Shown: positions 29,029 to 38,205 of the stretch, one piece after another
Layout: every line of letters starts with the position of its first letter
How positions within the stretch are numbered: the first letter of the stretch is position 1
Assembly (NCBI GenBank): GCA_025454835.1
Contig: JALONQ010000011.1
Coordinates: forward strand, 420-64,419
DNA length: 64,000 nt
Reading direction: 5' to 3'
Source: Bacteroidota bacterium
Lineage (GTDB): Bacteria > Bacteroidota > Ignavibacteria > UBA10030
Made by a program: the position numbers and the translations under genes
The notes under the pieces: generated by a model
Told to the model about the DNA's origin: nothing
What the model saw: the letters and a program-made list of their open reading frames with translations, nothing else
The model's database searches: none

Positions 29029-30728
29029 GGCTGTTCCTCCACATCCTTTACTACAAGCTGCGCTCCGTCCTCAACGCGACGTTCGACTTTCGGGCTGTGC
29101 CGATCATCCGGGGTCTTGGTTCGCTCGTGGTGTTCGGCGCCTTCGCCGTCGGGGCGTACGCCTTCGGCCATAACGTTACCGCGTTCGTGCTCGGCGAGAC
29201 CCGCACGGGTCTCTATTTATATCACCGTTTCATCTCGATGATGTTGTTCGTGTTCTTCATGGCCGTGAACATGGGGAACATCATCGTGTCGTACTCCACG
29301 CTGTACCGGTCGGCGGAGGTGTCGTTCTTCATGACGAAGCCGATCCCGCACGCCACGGTCTTCTTCCAGAAATTCCTCGACAACTTCTTCTATTCGTCGA
29401 CGACCCTGTTCCTGGTCGCGTTCGCGGTCATCCTGGGTTACGGAACGTATTTCGGCCATCCGTGGTATTTCTACGGCGGAACGCTCCTGTTCGTCATCAT
29501 TCCGTTCATGTTCCTGGCCGCGTTGGTGGCCGTGCTGGTGCTGATGGGCATCATGCGGCTGGCGGGACGGTTCGGGTTTAGGACCGTGATGGCGAGTCTG
29601 TTCACCGTCTATTTCGGCTTCATCGTGCTCTTCTTCCAGTCGTCGAACCCCGTTCGCCTCATCGAGCGTGTGAACCGCTTCTATCCGAACGTCGACAACT
29701 ACCTGTCGCAATTGGACCCCGGATTCCTGTCGTATCTGCCGAGTCACTGGGTGGCGCAGTACCTGTTCTTTCTCGCGCACGATGAGCCGGGCAGGGCGCT
29801 CGCCAGCGCCGGACTGCTCTTGAGCACGACGGCGGCGCTTTTCGGCATCGTGCTGATCGTCGCCGTGCGATACTACTATCGCTCGTGGTTGGTGAGCCTC
29901 GCCATCCAGGCATCCGGCGCGGCGCCGTATGACCCTGCCAAGCTGGCGTTCGTCGATCTTCGGGCCTCCGGGTGGCTCAAGGGAAAGCTCGAAGCGTTGT
30001 TGAAGAAGGAGTATCTGACCTTCGTCCGCGAGCCAAGCCAGATGATCCATCTGGTGGTGATGGTCGTGTTGACAGGACTGTTCGTCGCGAGCATCAGCAA
30101 TCTCAATCTGCGGGTGCGCGTCACGGAGATCCAACTGGTGACATACTTGGTCCTGTATGCCTTTGGGGGATTCCTTGTCAGCTCGGTGGCCCTCCGTTTT
30201 GTCTTCCCGGCGATCAGCCTTGAGGGGAGGGCCTTCTGGGTCCTGCGCAGCGCGCCGATACGTCCGGAATACCTCGTCGCGTTGAAGTTCGTGCTCGGTT
30301 TCATCCTCGTTTTCGGGCTGGCGCTCGTGGTTTCGCTCGCGTCGAACCTCCCCTTCGCCCGGTTCTCGGGGCGCCTCCCGATCCTTCCGTGGTTTGGCGC
30401 CTTCAGCGCCTTCTGGATGTCGGCAGCCGTCGTGGCCCTCAACCTGGGGCTCGGAGGATTGTTCGCCCTCTACTCGGAACGGAATCCGATCAGGATCGCA
30501 TCGACGCAGGGGGCGACGCTCACGTTCCTCGCGACGATCGTCTTCCTCTTCCTGCTCGTGGTCATCATTCTGTATCCGCTCTCCAGGTATTTCGAATTCC
30601 TGTTCATCTTCCGCCCGTTCGAGCGCAGCCTCGTGGTGTTGCCGGGAACGATCTTCGGCATGCTTTCGGCCGCGGTCGTGGGCGTCTCGTCGGCCGTGGC
30701 GGTCTACGCCGTTCGCCGGGACATCTGA
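29025..30728 (+). CDS. Putative ABC exporter permease (multi-TM, duplicated halves)
   Basis: About 12-14 hydrophobic segments; YLPSHW and SLEGRAFWVLRSAP motifs; ATGA overlap with the ATPase gene. Confidence 0.8.
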   Translation: MRLFLHILYYKLRSVLNATFDFRAVPIIRGLGSLVVFGAFAVGAYAFGHNVTAFVLGETRTGLYLYHRFISMMLFVFFMAVNMGNIIVSYSTLYRSAEVSFFMTKPIPHATVFFQKFLDNFFYSSTTLFLVAFAVILGYGTYFGHPWYFYGGTLLFVIIPFMFLAALVAVLVLMGIMRLAGRFGFRTVMASLFTVYFGFIVLFFQSSNPVRLIERVNRFYPNVDNYLSQLDPGFLSYLPSHWVAQYLFFLAHDEPGRALASAGLLLSTTAALFGIVLIVAVRYYYRSWLVSLAIQASGAAPYDPAKLAFVDLRASGWLKGKLEALLKKEYLTFVREPSQMIHLVVMVVLTGLFVASISNLNLRVRVTEIQLVTYLVLYAFGGFLVSSVALRFVFPAISLEGRAFWVLRSAPIRPEYLVALKFVLGFILVFGLALVVSLASNLPFARFSGRLPILPWFGAFSAFWMSAAVVALNLGLGGLFALYSERNPIRIASTQGATLTFLATIVFLFLLVVIILYPLSRYFEFLFIFRPFERSLVVLPGTIFGMLSAAVVGVSSAVAVYAVRRDI

Positions 30729-30757
30729 TTGACCTTCAGGAAGCCGCCTCCTATCTT
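30729..30757 (+). promoter_or_regulatory. Putative sigma70 promoter TTGACC-N17-TATCTT (likely leaderless transcript)
   Basis: The -10 ends 8 nt before the ATG at 30766; no SD. Confidence 0.5.
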
Positions 30758-30765
30758 GCATCGAC

Positions 30766-31671
30766 ATGGATGAACTGCAACTTCACGGTGCATTTGAGCG
30801 GGCCCGCGCTTTCGCGGCGGAAGGCAGATGGTTGCACGCCATCCAGGTCTATCGCTCGATCTTCGAGGCCGTGCCCGAGTCGGACGACGCGGTCGTCGAA
30901 CTGGGGTCAGCGTACGCGGCTCTCGGCCAGATCGAGGCGGCCGAGCGGTTGCTGAACGCACGGGCATCGGCGTCGGAGACCCCTGAGCCCTTCCTCTTCA
31001 TTCTTGGCACCATCCTGTTTCGCGCCGGCCGGTCGGCTGAAGCGCAGCGGCATTTCATGCGCGTGCTTCGCGTCGAGCGAAAGCTGGATCGGCACGTGAG
31101 GGCGCGGCTTCACTACTTCCTGGGTGCGATCTCGGCCGACGAGAAGAAGTGGAGCGTTGCCGACCATCATTTGCGGACCGTCCTGAGCATCGAACCGAAC
31201 TTCCCGCGTCTGCACGAATCGTTGGCCGAAGTGCTGCTCCATCGCGGCCGCTTGGACGACGCCGAGGCCGAGTTGGCCGTCGCGCTGCGAGAGGAACCGA
31301 TGAGCTGGATGGGACACTACCTGAGCGGTCTGCTGGCGACGCGTCGGCGGCGATGGGAAGAGGCCCTTTCATCGTTCACGCAGGCGGTCGACATCGACCC
31401 GAAGAACGCGCGCGGCTGGCACAGGTGCGGCGAGGCATTCTTGGCGCTTCATCGGCTGAATGAGTCGGAACGCTACTTGCGCAAGGCGCTCGAGCTGAAT
31501 CCCTCGATGATCGACGCCGTCGTGGAGTTCGGCTATCTGGCCCTCCAGCGCGGAGATCGCGAAGCGGCCGAGGAGCTGTTCGAACGGGCGCTTCAGATGG
31601 ATCCGGGGCATCATCGCGCGCAAGCCGGCGTGCGGACCGCGTCCCGACGCCACGGCCGGGGGGATGCATGA
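30766..31671 (+). CDS. TPR protein
   Basis: Serial TPRs (HYFLGA, HYLSG, WHRCGE, ALQMDP). Confidence 0.85.
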   Translation: MDELQLHGAFERARAFAAEGRWLHAIQVYRSIFEAVPESDDAVVELGSAYAALGQIEAAERLLNARASASETPEPFLFILGTILFRAGRSAEAQRHFMRVLRVERKLDRHVRARLHYFLGAISADEKKWSVADHHLRTVLSIEPNFPRLHESLAEVLLHRGRLDDAEAELAVALREEPMSWMGHYLSGLLATRRRRWEEALSSFTQAVDIDPKNARGWHRCGEAFLALHRLNESERYLRKALELNPSMIDAVVEFGYLALQRGDREAAEELFERALQMDPGHHRAQAGVRTASRRHGRGDA

Positions 31672-33689
31672 ACCGCCCACCGATCCTGTTCGTCTTCTGC
31701 GTCGTCCTCGCCCTTCCGCTGGCGGCCCAGTCCGTTCCAGACAGCGCCGCGTTTGACGCCGAGGGTGAGCGAGCCTTCGTCCAGGCGATGAGAACCTTCC
31801 AGTCGGGTGCACACGACTCGGCGGTCGTCCAGTTGCAGGGATACTTGCGGGAATTTCCCCGAGGACATCGGTGGACGGGCGCCTCGATCATGCTCGGGAA
31901 GGCGCTTTACGAACGGGGCCGCTGGCGTGAGTCGATCCGACAACTGAAGGATCTGCTCGACATCGCACCGGAGACCTTGTATCGATTTGACGCGCGGTAC
32001 TCGATCGGGCTGAACTATTTTCGGATGAATCGATACGAGGATGCCGCGCTCGAATTCCTCGCCGTTCGCGAGAATTCTCCGGACAGCCTGCTCATCGGAC
32101 GGTCGGAGCGCATGCTCGATGCGCTGGCCTCAGAGCATCTGACGGCCAGCCAGATCGACGGACTGCAGGCTGAGGCGCGCGACAGCACGGTGCTGGCGAT
32201 GCTGACGTTCCGTGCTGCAGAAATGCTGCAGCGCAACGGCGATACCCGCCGGGCCATCGAGCTCCTGCGCGGTTTGGCGGCGCAGCCGCGTTGGCGTTGG
32301 TACGTGCCGGAAGCGGTGGAGCTGCTCGAGCGGCTTGAGAAGGGGCGCACGCTGAAGATCGGAGCGGTGTTGCCGCTGTTGCTTTCATCCCAGCGACCGG
32401 GGGTGCGTGAGGTGGGGGTGGAATTCCTGAACGGCATGAATGTGGCGGTCGAACAGTTCAATCGAGGTTCGATCACCAAGGTGGCGCTCGAGATCCGCGA
32501 CACCGAGCGCGACCCGTCGGCGGCGACGCGCGCCGTTTCCGAACTTGCCGACGACGCCGACGTCGTGGCCGTGCTCGGCCCGATCTCGAGCAATGAGGCG
32601 TTCGCGGCAGCCGGAGTGGCGCACGCGAAAGGTCTGCCGATGCTGACGCCCACGGCGACGTCGAACGGGATCGCCGCGGTCGGCTCGAACATCTTCCAGG
32701 GCAACCCGGACTATGATGCCCGCGGTCGTGCGATGGCGGCGTACGCCTGGGAACGCCTGGGAGCGCGGACGTTCGGCGTGCTCGCCCCGACGGACGCCGT
32801 GGGCAAGCTCGTCGCGGACGGCTTCGTCGACGAGGTGAAACGCCGCCAGGGCGACCTGGTGAGCGTGCAATGGTACTACGCCGGCTCGACCGACCTGCGA
32901 TCGCAATTGGAAGAGATGCGGGTGGTGGCGTTGAAGCGGAAGATCGTGCCGTACTTCGACTTCAGTTCCGGGATCCGGCACGAACACGTGAATGCGATGC
33001 TCATGGCCGGCGCCTCGCAACGCATCGTGGACTCGCTCATGGAGTCGGGCGGCACGATGTCGGTCGATTCGCTTCTGGGCCCGATCGGCCGATCGCTCGT
33101 CGATTCCCTGAGACTCCCGACGAAACTGCCGGTCATCAACTACGACAGCCTCGGCATCGCCGTCGACAGCATTCATGCGATCTTCGTTCCGATCGCGTCC
33201 TCGGAAGAGATCGGTGTGGTGAGCTCGCAGATCAGCCTCTTCAATTTCCAGACGGCGATCCTTGGTACGGCGGACTGGAACGACCCGGCCGAGCTCGACC
33301 GCAATCGCCGGTACACGAACGGCGTCTACTTCAGCATCGATGCGATGCCCAATACCCAGGACCGCTCGTACCGGACGTTCGTGACGTCTTATCAAGCGAT
33401 GGCACAGCGTCCGCCGACAGTGAACGCGCTGATCGGTTTTGACGCCGCTCAGCTGGTGTTGGATGCCATCACGCGCGGTGCGACGCTTCGCCGGGAGATC
33501 GCGGAGGCTCTGTCAACCGTGCGCGGCCATCGGGGGCTTCACGGCGTCGTGTCATTCCAGCCGAACCGGGTCAACGGGGCGATGGGGATCATGCGATACC
33601 TCAACGGGTCCATGACGAAAGTGGGCGAGATCGATCTGACGGCGCTGCCTACGGAAGCCGCCGCTCGCCCGGAAACGCCGAAACCGTAG
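31668..33689 (+). CDS. Periplasmic TPR + type-I periplasmic-binding-fold protein (LppC/LpoA-like)
   Basis: Signal peptide PLAA|Q; BamD-like TPRs; KIGAVLPL, AVLGPISS, IGFDAA, GLHGVVSF. Confidence 0.7.
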   Translation: MNRPPILFVFCVVLALPLAAQSVPDSAAFDAEGERAFVQAMRTFQSGAHDSAVVQLQGYLREFPRGHRWTGASIMLGKALYERGRWRESIRQLKDLLDIAPETLYRFDARYSIGLNYFRMNRYEDAALEFLAVRENSPDSLLIGRSERMLDALASEHLTASQIDGLQAEARDSTVLAMLTFRAAEMLQRNGDTRRAIELLRGLAAQPRWRWYVPEAVELLERLEKGRTLKIGAVLPLLLSSQRPGVREVGVEFLNGMNVAVEQFNRGSITKVALEIRDTERDPSAATRAVSELADDADVVAVLGPISSNEAFAAAGVAHAKGLPMLTPTATSNGIAAVGSNIFQGNPDYDARGRAMAAYAWERLGARTFGVLAPTDAVGKLVADGFVDEVKRRQGDLVSVQWYYAGSTDLRSQLEEMRVVALKRKIVPYFDFSSGIRHEHVNAMLMAGASQRIVDSLMESGGTMSVDSLLGPIGRSLVDSLRLPTKLPVINYDSLGIAVDSIHAIFVPIASSEEIGVVSSQISLFNFQTAILGTADWNDPAELDRNRRYTNGVYFSIDAMPNTQDRSYRTFVTSYQAMAQRPPTVNALIGFDAAQLVLDAITRGATLRREIAEALSTVRGHRGLHGVVSFQPNRVNGAMGIMRYLNGSMTKVGEIDLTALPTEAAARPETPKP

Positions 33690-33753
33690 GTCGTCGCTGT
33701 CTCGCTTCGACGTCGCCCCGTGCGCCGTCACAGACGTCTTCAGAGGGGGAAGC

Positions 33754-34437
33754 ATGGATCACCGCACGGCGATCACATCGTGGCCTGTGGAGGAGCGACC
33801 GCGCGAACAGTTGTTCGCCAAAGGGGCCGCCTCGCTCACGGATGCCACACTCTTGTCGATCATCCTTCGAACGGGTTCCCGCGGACGCTCTGCCGTGGAC
33901 CAGGCACGCGCGCTGCTGTCGGAGGCGGGAGGTCTGCAGGAACTTTCGCGATGGACGGCGGGGGAGCTGGGCAACCTGGTGCCGGGTACCACTCGTGTGG
34001 CCAGCCTGCTGGCGATGTTCGAACTGGCTCGGAGATTGGCCGCAGGTCGTTCGGGCGAGCGGAGGATCATTCGCACGCCCGAGGACGTCGCGGCGAGGTT
34101 TGGCCCGCTCCTGCGCCATCTGCGTCATGAAGAATTCTGGGCGGTCTTGCTCAATTCCGCCAACGTCGTCCAGGCCGAGGTGCGCATCACGGTCGGAACT
34201 TTGAACGCATCGCTGGCGCATCCGCGGGAGTGCTTCGCCGAGGCCGTCCAACGTCGCGCGGCCAGCGTCGTGTTCGTCCATAATCACCCCAGCGGCAATC
34301 CTGAGCCATCAACCGAGGATCTGGCGCTGACACGGCAGTTAGCAGCGTCGGGGCGAATTCTTGGCATCCCCGTGCACGATCATGTCATCATAGCAGGTCA
34401 GGAGTTCACCAGCCTGGCGGAGCGCGGGCAGCTCTGA
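33754..34437 (+). CDS. radC: RadC/JAB domain protein
   Basis: WPVEERPRE, LLSIILRTG, GTLNASLAHPRE, HNHPSGNPEPS.ED, DHVII. Confidence 0.93.
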   Translation: MDHRTAITSWPVEERPREQLFAKGAASLTDATLLSIILRTGSRGRSAVDQARALLSEAGGLQELSRWTAGELGNLVPGTTRVASLLAMFELARRLAAGRSGERRIIRTPEDVAARFGPLLRHLRHEEFWAVLLNSANVVQAEVRITVGTLNASLAHPRECFAEAVQRRAASVVFVHNHPSGNPEPSTEDLALTRQLAASGRILGIPVHDHVIIAGQEFTSLAERGQL

Positions 34438-34552
34438 ATTGGCGGCGTCAACGGCGAAGCCAGGATGCTGGGATGGATGGCCCCAAGTCCCAAAGAATGA
34501 GTCCCACGTTCTGGACGCCTCGCACAAAGGCTGAGACGAAGGCTGGTTTTGC

Positions 34553-34581
34553 TTGACATTGCGCGATTGAGGTCGTATTTT
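34553..34581 (+). promoter_or_regulatory. Putative strong sigma70 promoter TTGACA-N17-TATTTT
   Basis: Perfect -35 and 17-bp spacer, upstream of the lipoprotein-LysM pair. Confidence 0.6.
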
Positions 34582-34632
34582 TTGCAATACGCATCAGCAA
34601 ACGAACGCGTTCTCGTACAGGAGATCACCCTC

Positions 34633-34887
34633 ATGAAAAAGCTTTCCACGCTGGCCGTCATCGGAATGCTGTTCGCGGCCGCGCTAACGGGTTGTAGCAA
34701 CAATCCGTCGGCGGAAGAGCTGAAACAGCTCGAAGACCTCAAGGCGGAGGTGTCCTCGTTGGAGAAGCAGATCCAGACCCGCGAGTCGGAGAAGCAGGCT
34801 CTGCTGAAGGCCATCGCCGAAAAAGACGCGCAGCTGGCAGTGTGCGCGAAGGACAAAGAAGCCCTCAAGGCCCGCACGGGCAACTGA
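34633..34887 (+). CDS. Small coiled-coil lipoprotein (Lpp/OprI-like architecture)
   Basis: MKKLSTLAVIGMLFAAALTG|C lipobox followed by a roughly 55-aa heptad coil; AGGAG RBS. Confidence 0.8.
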   Translation: MKKLSTLAVIGMLFAAALTGCSNNPSAEELKQLEDLKAEVSSLEKQIQTRESEKQALLKAIAEKDAQLAVCAKDKEALKARTGN

Positions 34888-34906
34888 TCGAAAGGAAACG
34901 ACACTC

Positions 34907-35668
34907 ATGACCACGCTGAAACGGACCTTGACCGTCGTGCTCCTGCTGGCCGCCTTTGGGGTGGGCCTGACGGCTCAGGAGATGACGAAAGACGACTGGC
35001 AGAAGCAGATCACGGAACTGACTGCCAAGCGCAACGACCTGAAGAATCGACTGTCGTCGATTGAAAACGAAGTGAACAACCTGAAGAAGCAGGATGCCGA
35101 GAAGGCCGCTGCTTTGAAGGCCTGTGAAGATGAATTGGCAGCGCTCAAGGGCGCCGACTTGACTCCGTACCTGGCTGAATTGGACAAGGTGGATGCGCAG
35201 TTGAATGAGTTGTCGCGCCTCTCCAATCAGGACCTGTTCGCGCGTCGCGGCGAGCTTGATGCGTTGCAGAGCAAGATCGACGAACTCAAGAAGAACCGGT
35301 TGTCTGCTTTGCCCCGCTACATGGATCGCCTGAACGATCAGCAGAGCCGCCTCGATGCACTGAAGCGGACGCTCCAGCAGATCATCGAATCGGGCCAGGC
35401 GATGCAGACCTACACGGTCGGCACGTGGGCGAAGGACCGCGACTGCTTGTGGAACATCGCCAAGAAGCCGAAGGTGTACGACAACGCGTTCTTGTGGCCG
35501 AAGATCTGGCAGGGGAATCGCGATCAGATCAAGAACCCCGACATCATCAAGCCGGGCCAGAAGCTCAAGATCCCGGCAAAGGCCGAGCTGACGCAGGAAG
35601 AGAAGTCCGCCGCCCGGTCGTACTGGAACAAGAAGCAGGCGGCAGCCCCGGCAGCGCCGGCGAAGTGA
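34907..35668 (+). CDS. Secreted coiled-coil + LysM peptidoglycan-binding protein
   Basis: Signal peptide GLTA|Q, long coiled coil, LysM TYTV...DCLWNIA...WPKIWQGNRDQIKNPDIIKPGQKLKIP. Confidence 0.88.
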   Translation: MTTLKRTLTVVLLLAAFGVGLTAQEMTKDDWQKQITELTAKRNDLKNRLSSIENEVNNLKKQDAEKAAALKACEDELAALKGADLTPYLAELDKVDAQLNELSRLSNQDLFARRGELDALQSKIDELKKNRLSALPRYMDRLNDQQSRLDALKRTLQQIIESGQAMQTYTVGTWAKDRDCLWNIAKKPKVYDNAFLWPKIWQGNRDQIKNPDIIKPGQKLKIPAKAELTQEEKSAARSYWNKKQAAAPAAPAK

Positions 35669-35710
35669 CCAGCGTCATCTGTCAGGCGCGCGGTTGACAT
35701 CACGCATTCC

Positions 35711-35761
35711 GACGAACGCCCTCGCAGCACACGATGTGTGCCGAGGGCGTTCTGTCGTTTT
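35711..35761 (+). terminator. Intrinsic terminator after the LysM gene
   Basis: GAACGCCCTCG/CGAGGGCGTTC stem with T-rich tail. Confidence 0.65.
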
Positions 35762-35800
35762 GCGGAGACAGGCTCCTCTCCGTGGCCATTGAACCACGTT

Positions 35801-35834
35801 GCCACAAAGACCACAAGGATCACAGAACTCACAA
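35801..35834 (+). repeat. Degenerate 9-bp tandem array (repeat-family half arm)
   Basis: GCCACAAAG ACCACAAGG ATCACAGAA CTCACAA. Confidence 0.5.
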
Positions 35835-35980
35835 CAAGCCATCGGCAGGTTGCCGAGCAACCATCGTGGGAACAACTTCACGGTGACGTCAGATCCCCCG
35901 GCCCATCGAGGCGGGGGTGCTCGTCCCGTGACACATGCGTCTCGTCACATTCCCATCCAGCACGAAGGTAACCGTTCCCA

Positions 35981-36997
35981 TTGATCGAAAAGAAGCTCCA
36001 ACTGTCCGGCGTTGACCCTGTCCAGCTGCTCGGGTACAACGACGCCCACCTCCAGCTCATCGAAGAGCGCTTCGACGCCACGGTCGCGGTGCGAGGCGAC
36101 ACCGTGCTCGTGCGCGGATCGCTGCAGGACGTCACGAAGATCGAGAAGATCTTCAAAGAGCTCATCTTCATCCTGACGAAGAACGGCGGCCTCGGACCGA
36201 ACGACGTAGCGACCGTCATCGATCTTGTGACCGTGAACGGAACGTCGCCGGCCTTGCCGGCCGAGTCCGTCGCCACGGACGACGGCGAGCATGCCATCCT
36301 CTTCACGCGGGTCGGTATCATCAAGGCCCGCACCCCGGGACAGAAGGTGTACCTCCAGGCGGCCCGGAAGAACGACATTGTGTTCGGCATCGGTCCGGCT
36401 GGGACGGGCAAGACCTACCTGGCCGTGGCCATAGCGGTGGCGGCGCTCAAGAACCGGGACGTCACGAAGATCGTGCTGGCGAGGCCGGCGGTGGAGGCGG
36501 GGGAGAGTCTGGGGTTCTTGCCGGGTGACTTCCGCGAAAAGATCGACCCATATCTCCGGCCGCTGTATGACGCCTTGGACGACATGTTGTCGGCGGAACG
36601 GCTGAAGAACTACCTCGAGAAGCGGATCATTGAGATCGTGCCGCTCGCCTACATGCGCGGCCGTACACTGCACAACGCCTTCGTCATTCTCGACGAAGCC
36701 CAGAACGCGACGGCGGTGCAGATGAAGATGTTCCTGACGCGGCTGGGGACCCACGCGCGGGCGATCATCACGGGGGACATCTCGCAGATCGACCTGCCGA
36801 CCAAGACGACATCAGGCCTCGTGCAGATCCAAGAGGTGCTCAAGCAGGTGCAGGGCATCTCGTTCGTCTACTTTGACCGGAACGACGTCGTCCGGCACCG
36901 TCTCGTGAAGGACATCATCGATGCCTACGACCGGTTCAACGGCGTGACGAACGAAAGGGTGGGGGAGCCGACTACGAAGCGCGGTCCCGGCGCTTGA
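35981..36997 (+). CDS. phoH: PhoH family ATPase (YbeZ-like)
   Basis: GPAGTGKTYLA, RPAVEAGE.LGFLPG, PLAYMRGRT, LDEAQN, GDISQIDL; TTG start. Confidence 0.93.
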   Translation: MIEKKLQLSGVDPVQLLGYNDAHLQLIEERFDATVAVRGDTVLVRGSLQDVTKIEKIFKELIFILTKNGGLGPNDVATVIDLVTVNGTSPALPAESVATDDGEHAILFTRVGIIKARTPGQKVYLQAARKNDIVFGIGPAGTGKTYLAVAIAVAALKNRDVTKIVLARPAVEAGESLGFLPGDFREKIDPYLRPLYDALDDMLSAERLKNYLEKRIIEIVPLAYMRGRTLHNAFVILDEAQNATAVQMKMFLTRLGTHARAIITGDISQIDLPTKTTSGLVQIQEVLKQVQGISFVYFDRNDVVRHRLVKDIIDAYDRFNGVTNERVGEPTTKRGPGA

Positions 36998-37760
36998 CCA
37001 TTTCCCAGATGCGATCCATCTCGGCCAGTCCCGCCTCTTCGGGGGTCTTGCCGGCCCTCGAAAGCTCTTCTTCCACGGCCCGGAAACGGGCCGTGAACTT
37101 TTCCGTGGCCTTTCTCAAGGCCTCCTCGCTGTGGACGTGGAGGAAGCGGGCATAGTTCACGAGCGCGAAGAGGAGGTCGCCGAACTCTTCCTCCACATGG
37201 GCCTTGTCGCCTCGAGCGCCGGCTTCGTGGAGTTCCTGCATCTCCTCCTCGACCTTCTTCCAGACGTCCTCTTTGTCCGGCCAGTCGAAGCCCACTTTAG
37301 CGACCTTGTCTTGGAGGCGTTGAGCTCGGATGAGGGAGGGAAGCGCGTGTGGAAGGCCGTCGGTCACCGACTGGCGGCCCTCGGCCATCTTGGTTCGCTC
37401 CCAGTTCTTCTTGACCTCTTCGGCGTCCGCGAACACGCGGTCGGCGAAGACATGTGGATGTCGTCGGATGAGCTTTTCGCGATTGCGGCGGAGCACCTCC
37501 TCCAGTGAGAATGCGGCAGACTCTTCGGCGATGACGGCGTGGAGCGTCACGTGCAACAGCAGGTCGCCCAGCTCGTCGCGGAGGAGAGGGAGCTGGTCGT
37601 GATCGATCGCTTCGGCCGCCTCATACGCCTCTTCGAGGAGGTGGTATTTGAGTGATTGGTGCGTCTGTTCGCGGTCCCACGGGCACTCGAGCCGCAAGCG
37701 CCGGACGACGGAGACGTATTCAGCGAATTCTGACAGCAGGGATTCGGAAGGAGTGGACAT
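36972..37760 (-). CDS. mazG: Nucleoside triphosphate pyrophosphohydrolase MazG
   Basis: CPWDREQT, EEAYE, ELGDLL, KLIRRHPHVF, GFDW, EEFGDLLF. Confidence 0.95.
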   Translation of the reverse strand: MSTPSESLLSEFAEYVSVVRRLRLECPWDREQTHQSLKYHLLEEAYEAAEAIDHDQLPLLRDELGDLLLHVTLHAVIAEESAAFSLEEVLRRNREKLIRRHPHVFADRVFADAEEVKKNWERTKMAEGRQSVTDGLPHALPSLIRAQRLQDKVAKVGFDWPDKEDVWKKVEEEMQELHEAGARGDKAHVEEEFGDLLFALVNYARFLHVHSEEALRKATEKFTARFRAVEEELSRAGKTPEEAGLAEMDRIWEMVKRRDRAS

Positions 37761-37820
37761 AGGTCATTGTGACGGGGTCGATCGCTCAACATGAATAGAA
37801 TTCAGGATGTATCCAAATGC

Positions 37821-37849
37821 TTGAATTTGAAGAGGTTGAATAGTACCTT
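37821..37849 (+). promoter_or_regulatory. Putative sigma70 promoter TTGAAT-N17-TACCTT for tRNA-Ala/SRP RNA
   Basis: Hexamers at 17-bp spacing in AT-rich DNA upstream of the tRNA. Confidence 0.45.
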
Positions 37850-37876
37850 TGAATCAGTTTGAGAACGTCATCATCG

Positions 37877-37911
37877 CTTCTGACTTCTCACCTCTCACTT
37901 TTTACTTGTTT
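37877..37911 (+). repeat. Degenerate 7-bp tandem repeat in the tRNA leader
   Basis: CTTCTGA CTTCTCA CCTCTCA CTTTTTA CTTGTTT. Confidence 0.5.
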
Positions 37912-37913
37912 TT

Positions 37914-37987
37914 GGGGCTGTAGCTCAGTCTGGGAGAGCGCCTCGTTCGCAACGAGGAGGTCGTCGGTTCGATCCCGATCAGCTCCA
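37914..37987 (+). tRNA. tRNA-Ala (anticodon CGC), CCA not encoded
   Basis: Acceptor GGGGCTG/CAGCTCC with G3:U70, D arm GCTC/GAGC, anticodon arm CCTCG-TTCGCAA-CGAGG, GGTTCGATCC T arm. Confidence 0.96.
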
Positions 37988-38103
37988 CTGCGGTCCGGTC
38001 GCAGTCGCCCCAAGTCGGACGGCGACCGGCCCCGCGTACGTAGGATCTCCTTACTCCTGGCACACTGTTGAGGAGCACCCCGATTTTGCCCGAAGTGGCT
38101 GTT

Positions 38104-38205
38104 GAGGTCAAGTCCCGTGCAACGGGCCGTTGCCTAACCCCGTCAGGTCCGGAAGGAAGCAGCGGTCGGCGAACTGGCCGGTGTGACACGGATCAGCTTG
38201 ACCTC
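38104..38205 (+). ncRNA. ffs: Signal recognition particle RNA (4.5S)
   Basis: Conserved helix-8 TCAGGTCCGGAAGGAAGCAGC; terminal stem GAGGTCAAG/CTTGACCTC followed by a T-run. Confidence 0.93.

Noticed and set aside
33754-34437. radC as a marker of a mobile element
   Set aside because: It is the full-length chromosomal type among core genes, with no integrase or cargo nearby.
36972-37760. mazG as part of a toxin-antitoxin or anti-phage module
   Set aside because: It is a canonical tandem-domain housekeeping MazG with no partner gene; the 26-bp convergent overlap with phoH is unremarkable.
37914-38104. Genomic island integrated at tRNA-Ala
   Set aside because: No integrase and no duplicated tRNA 3' end were seen; SRP RNA and rne follow directly.
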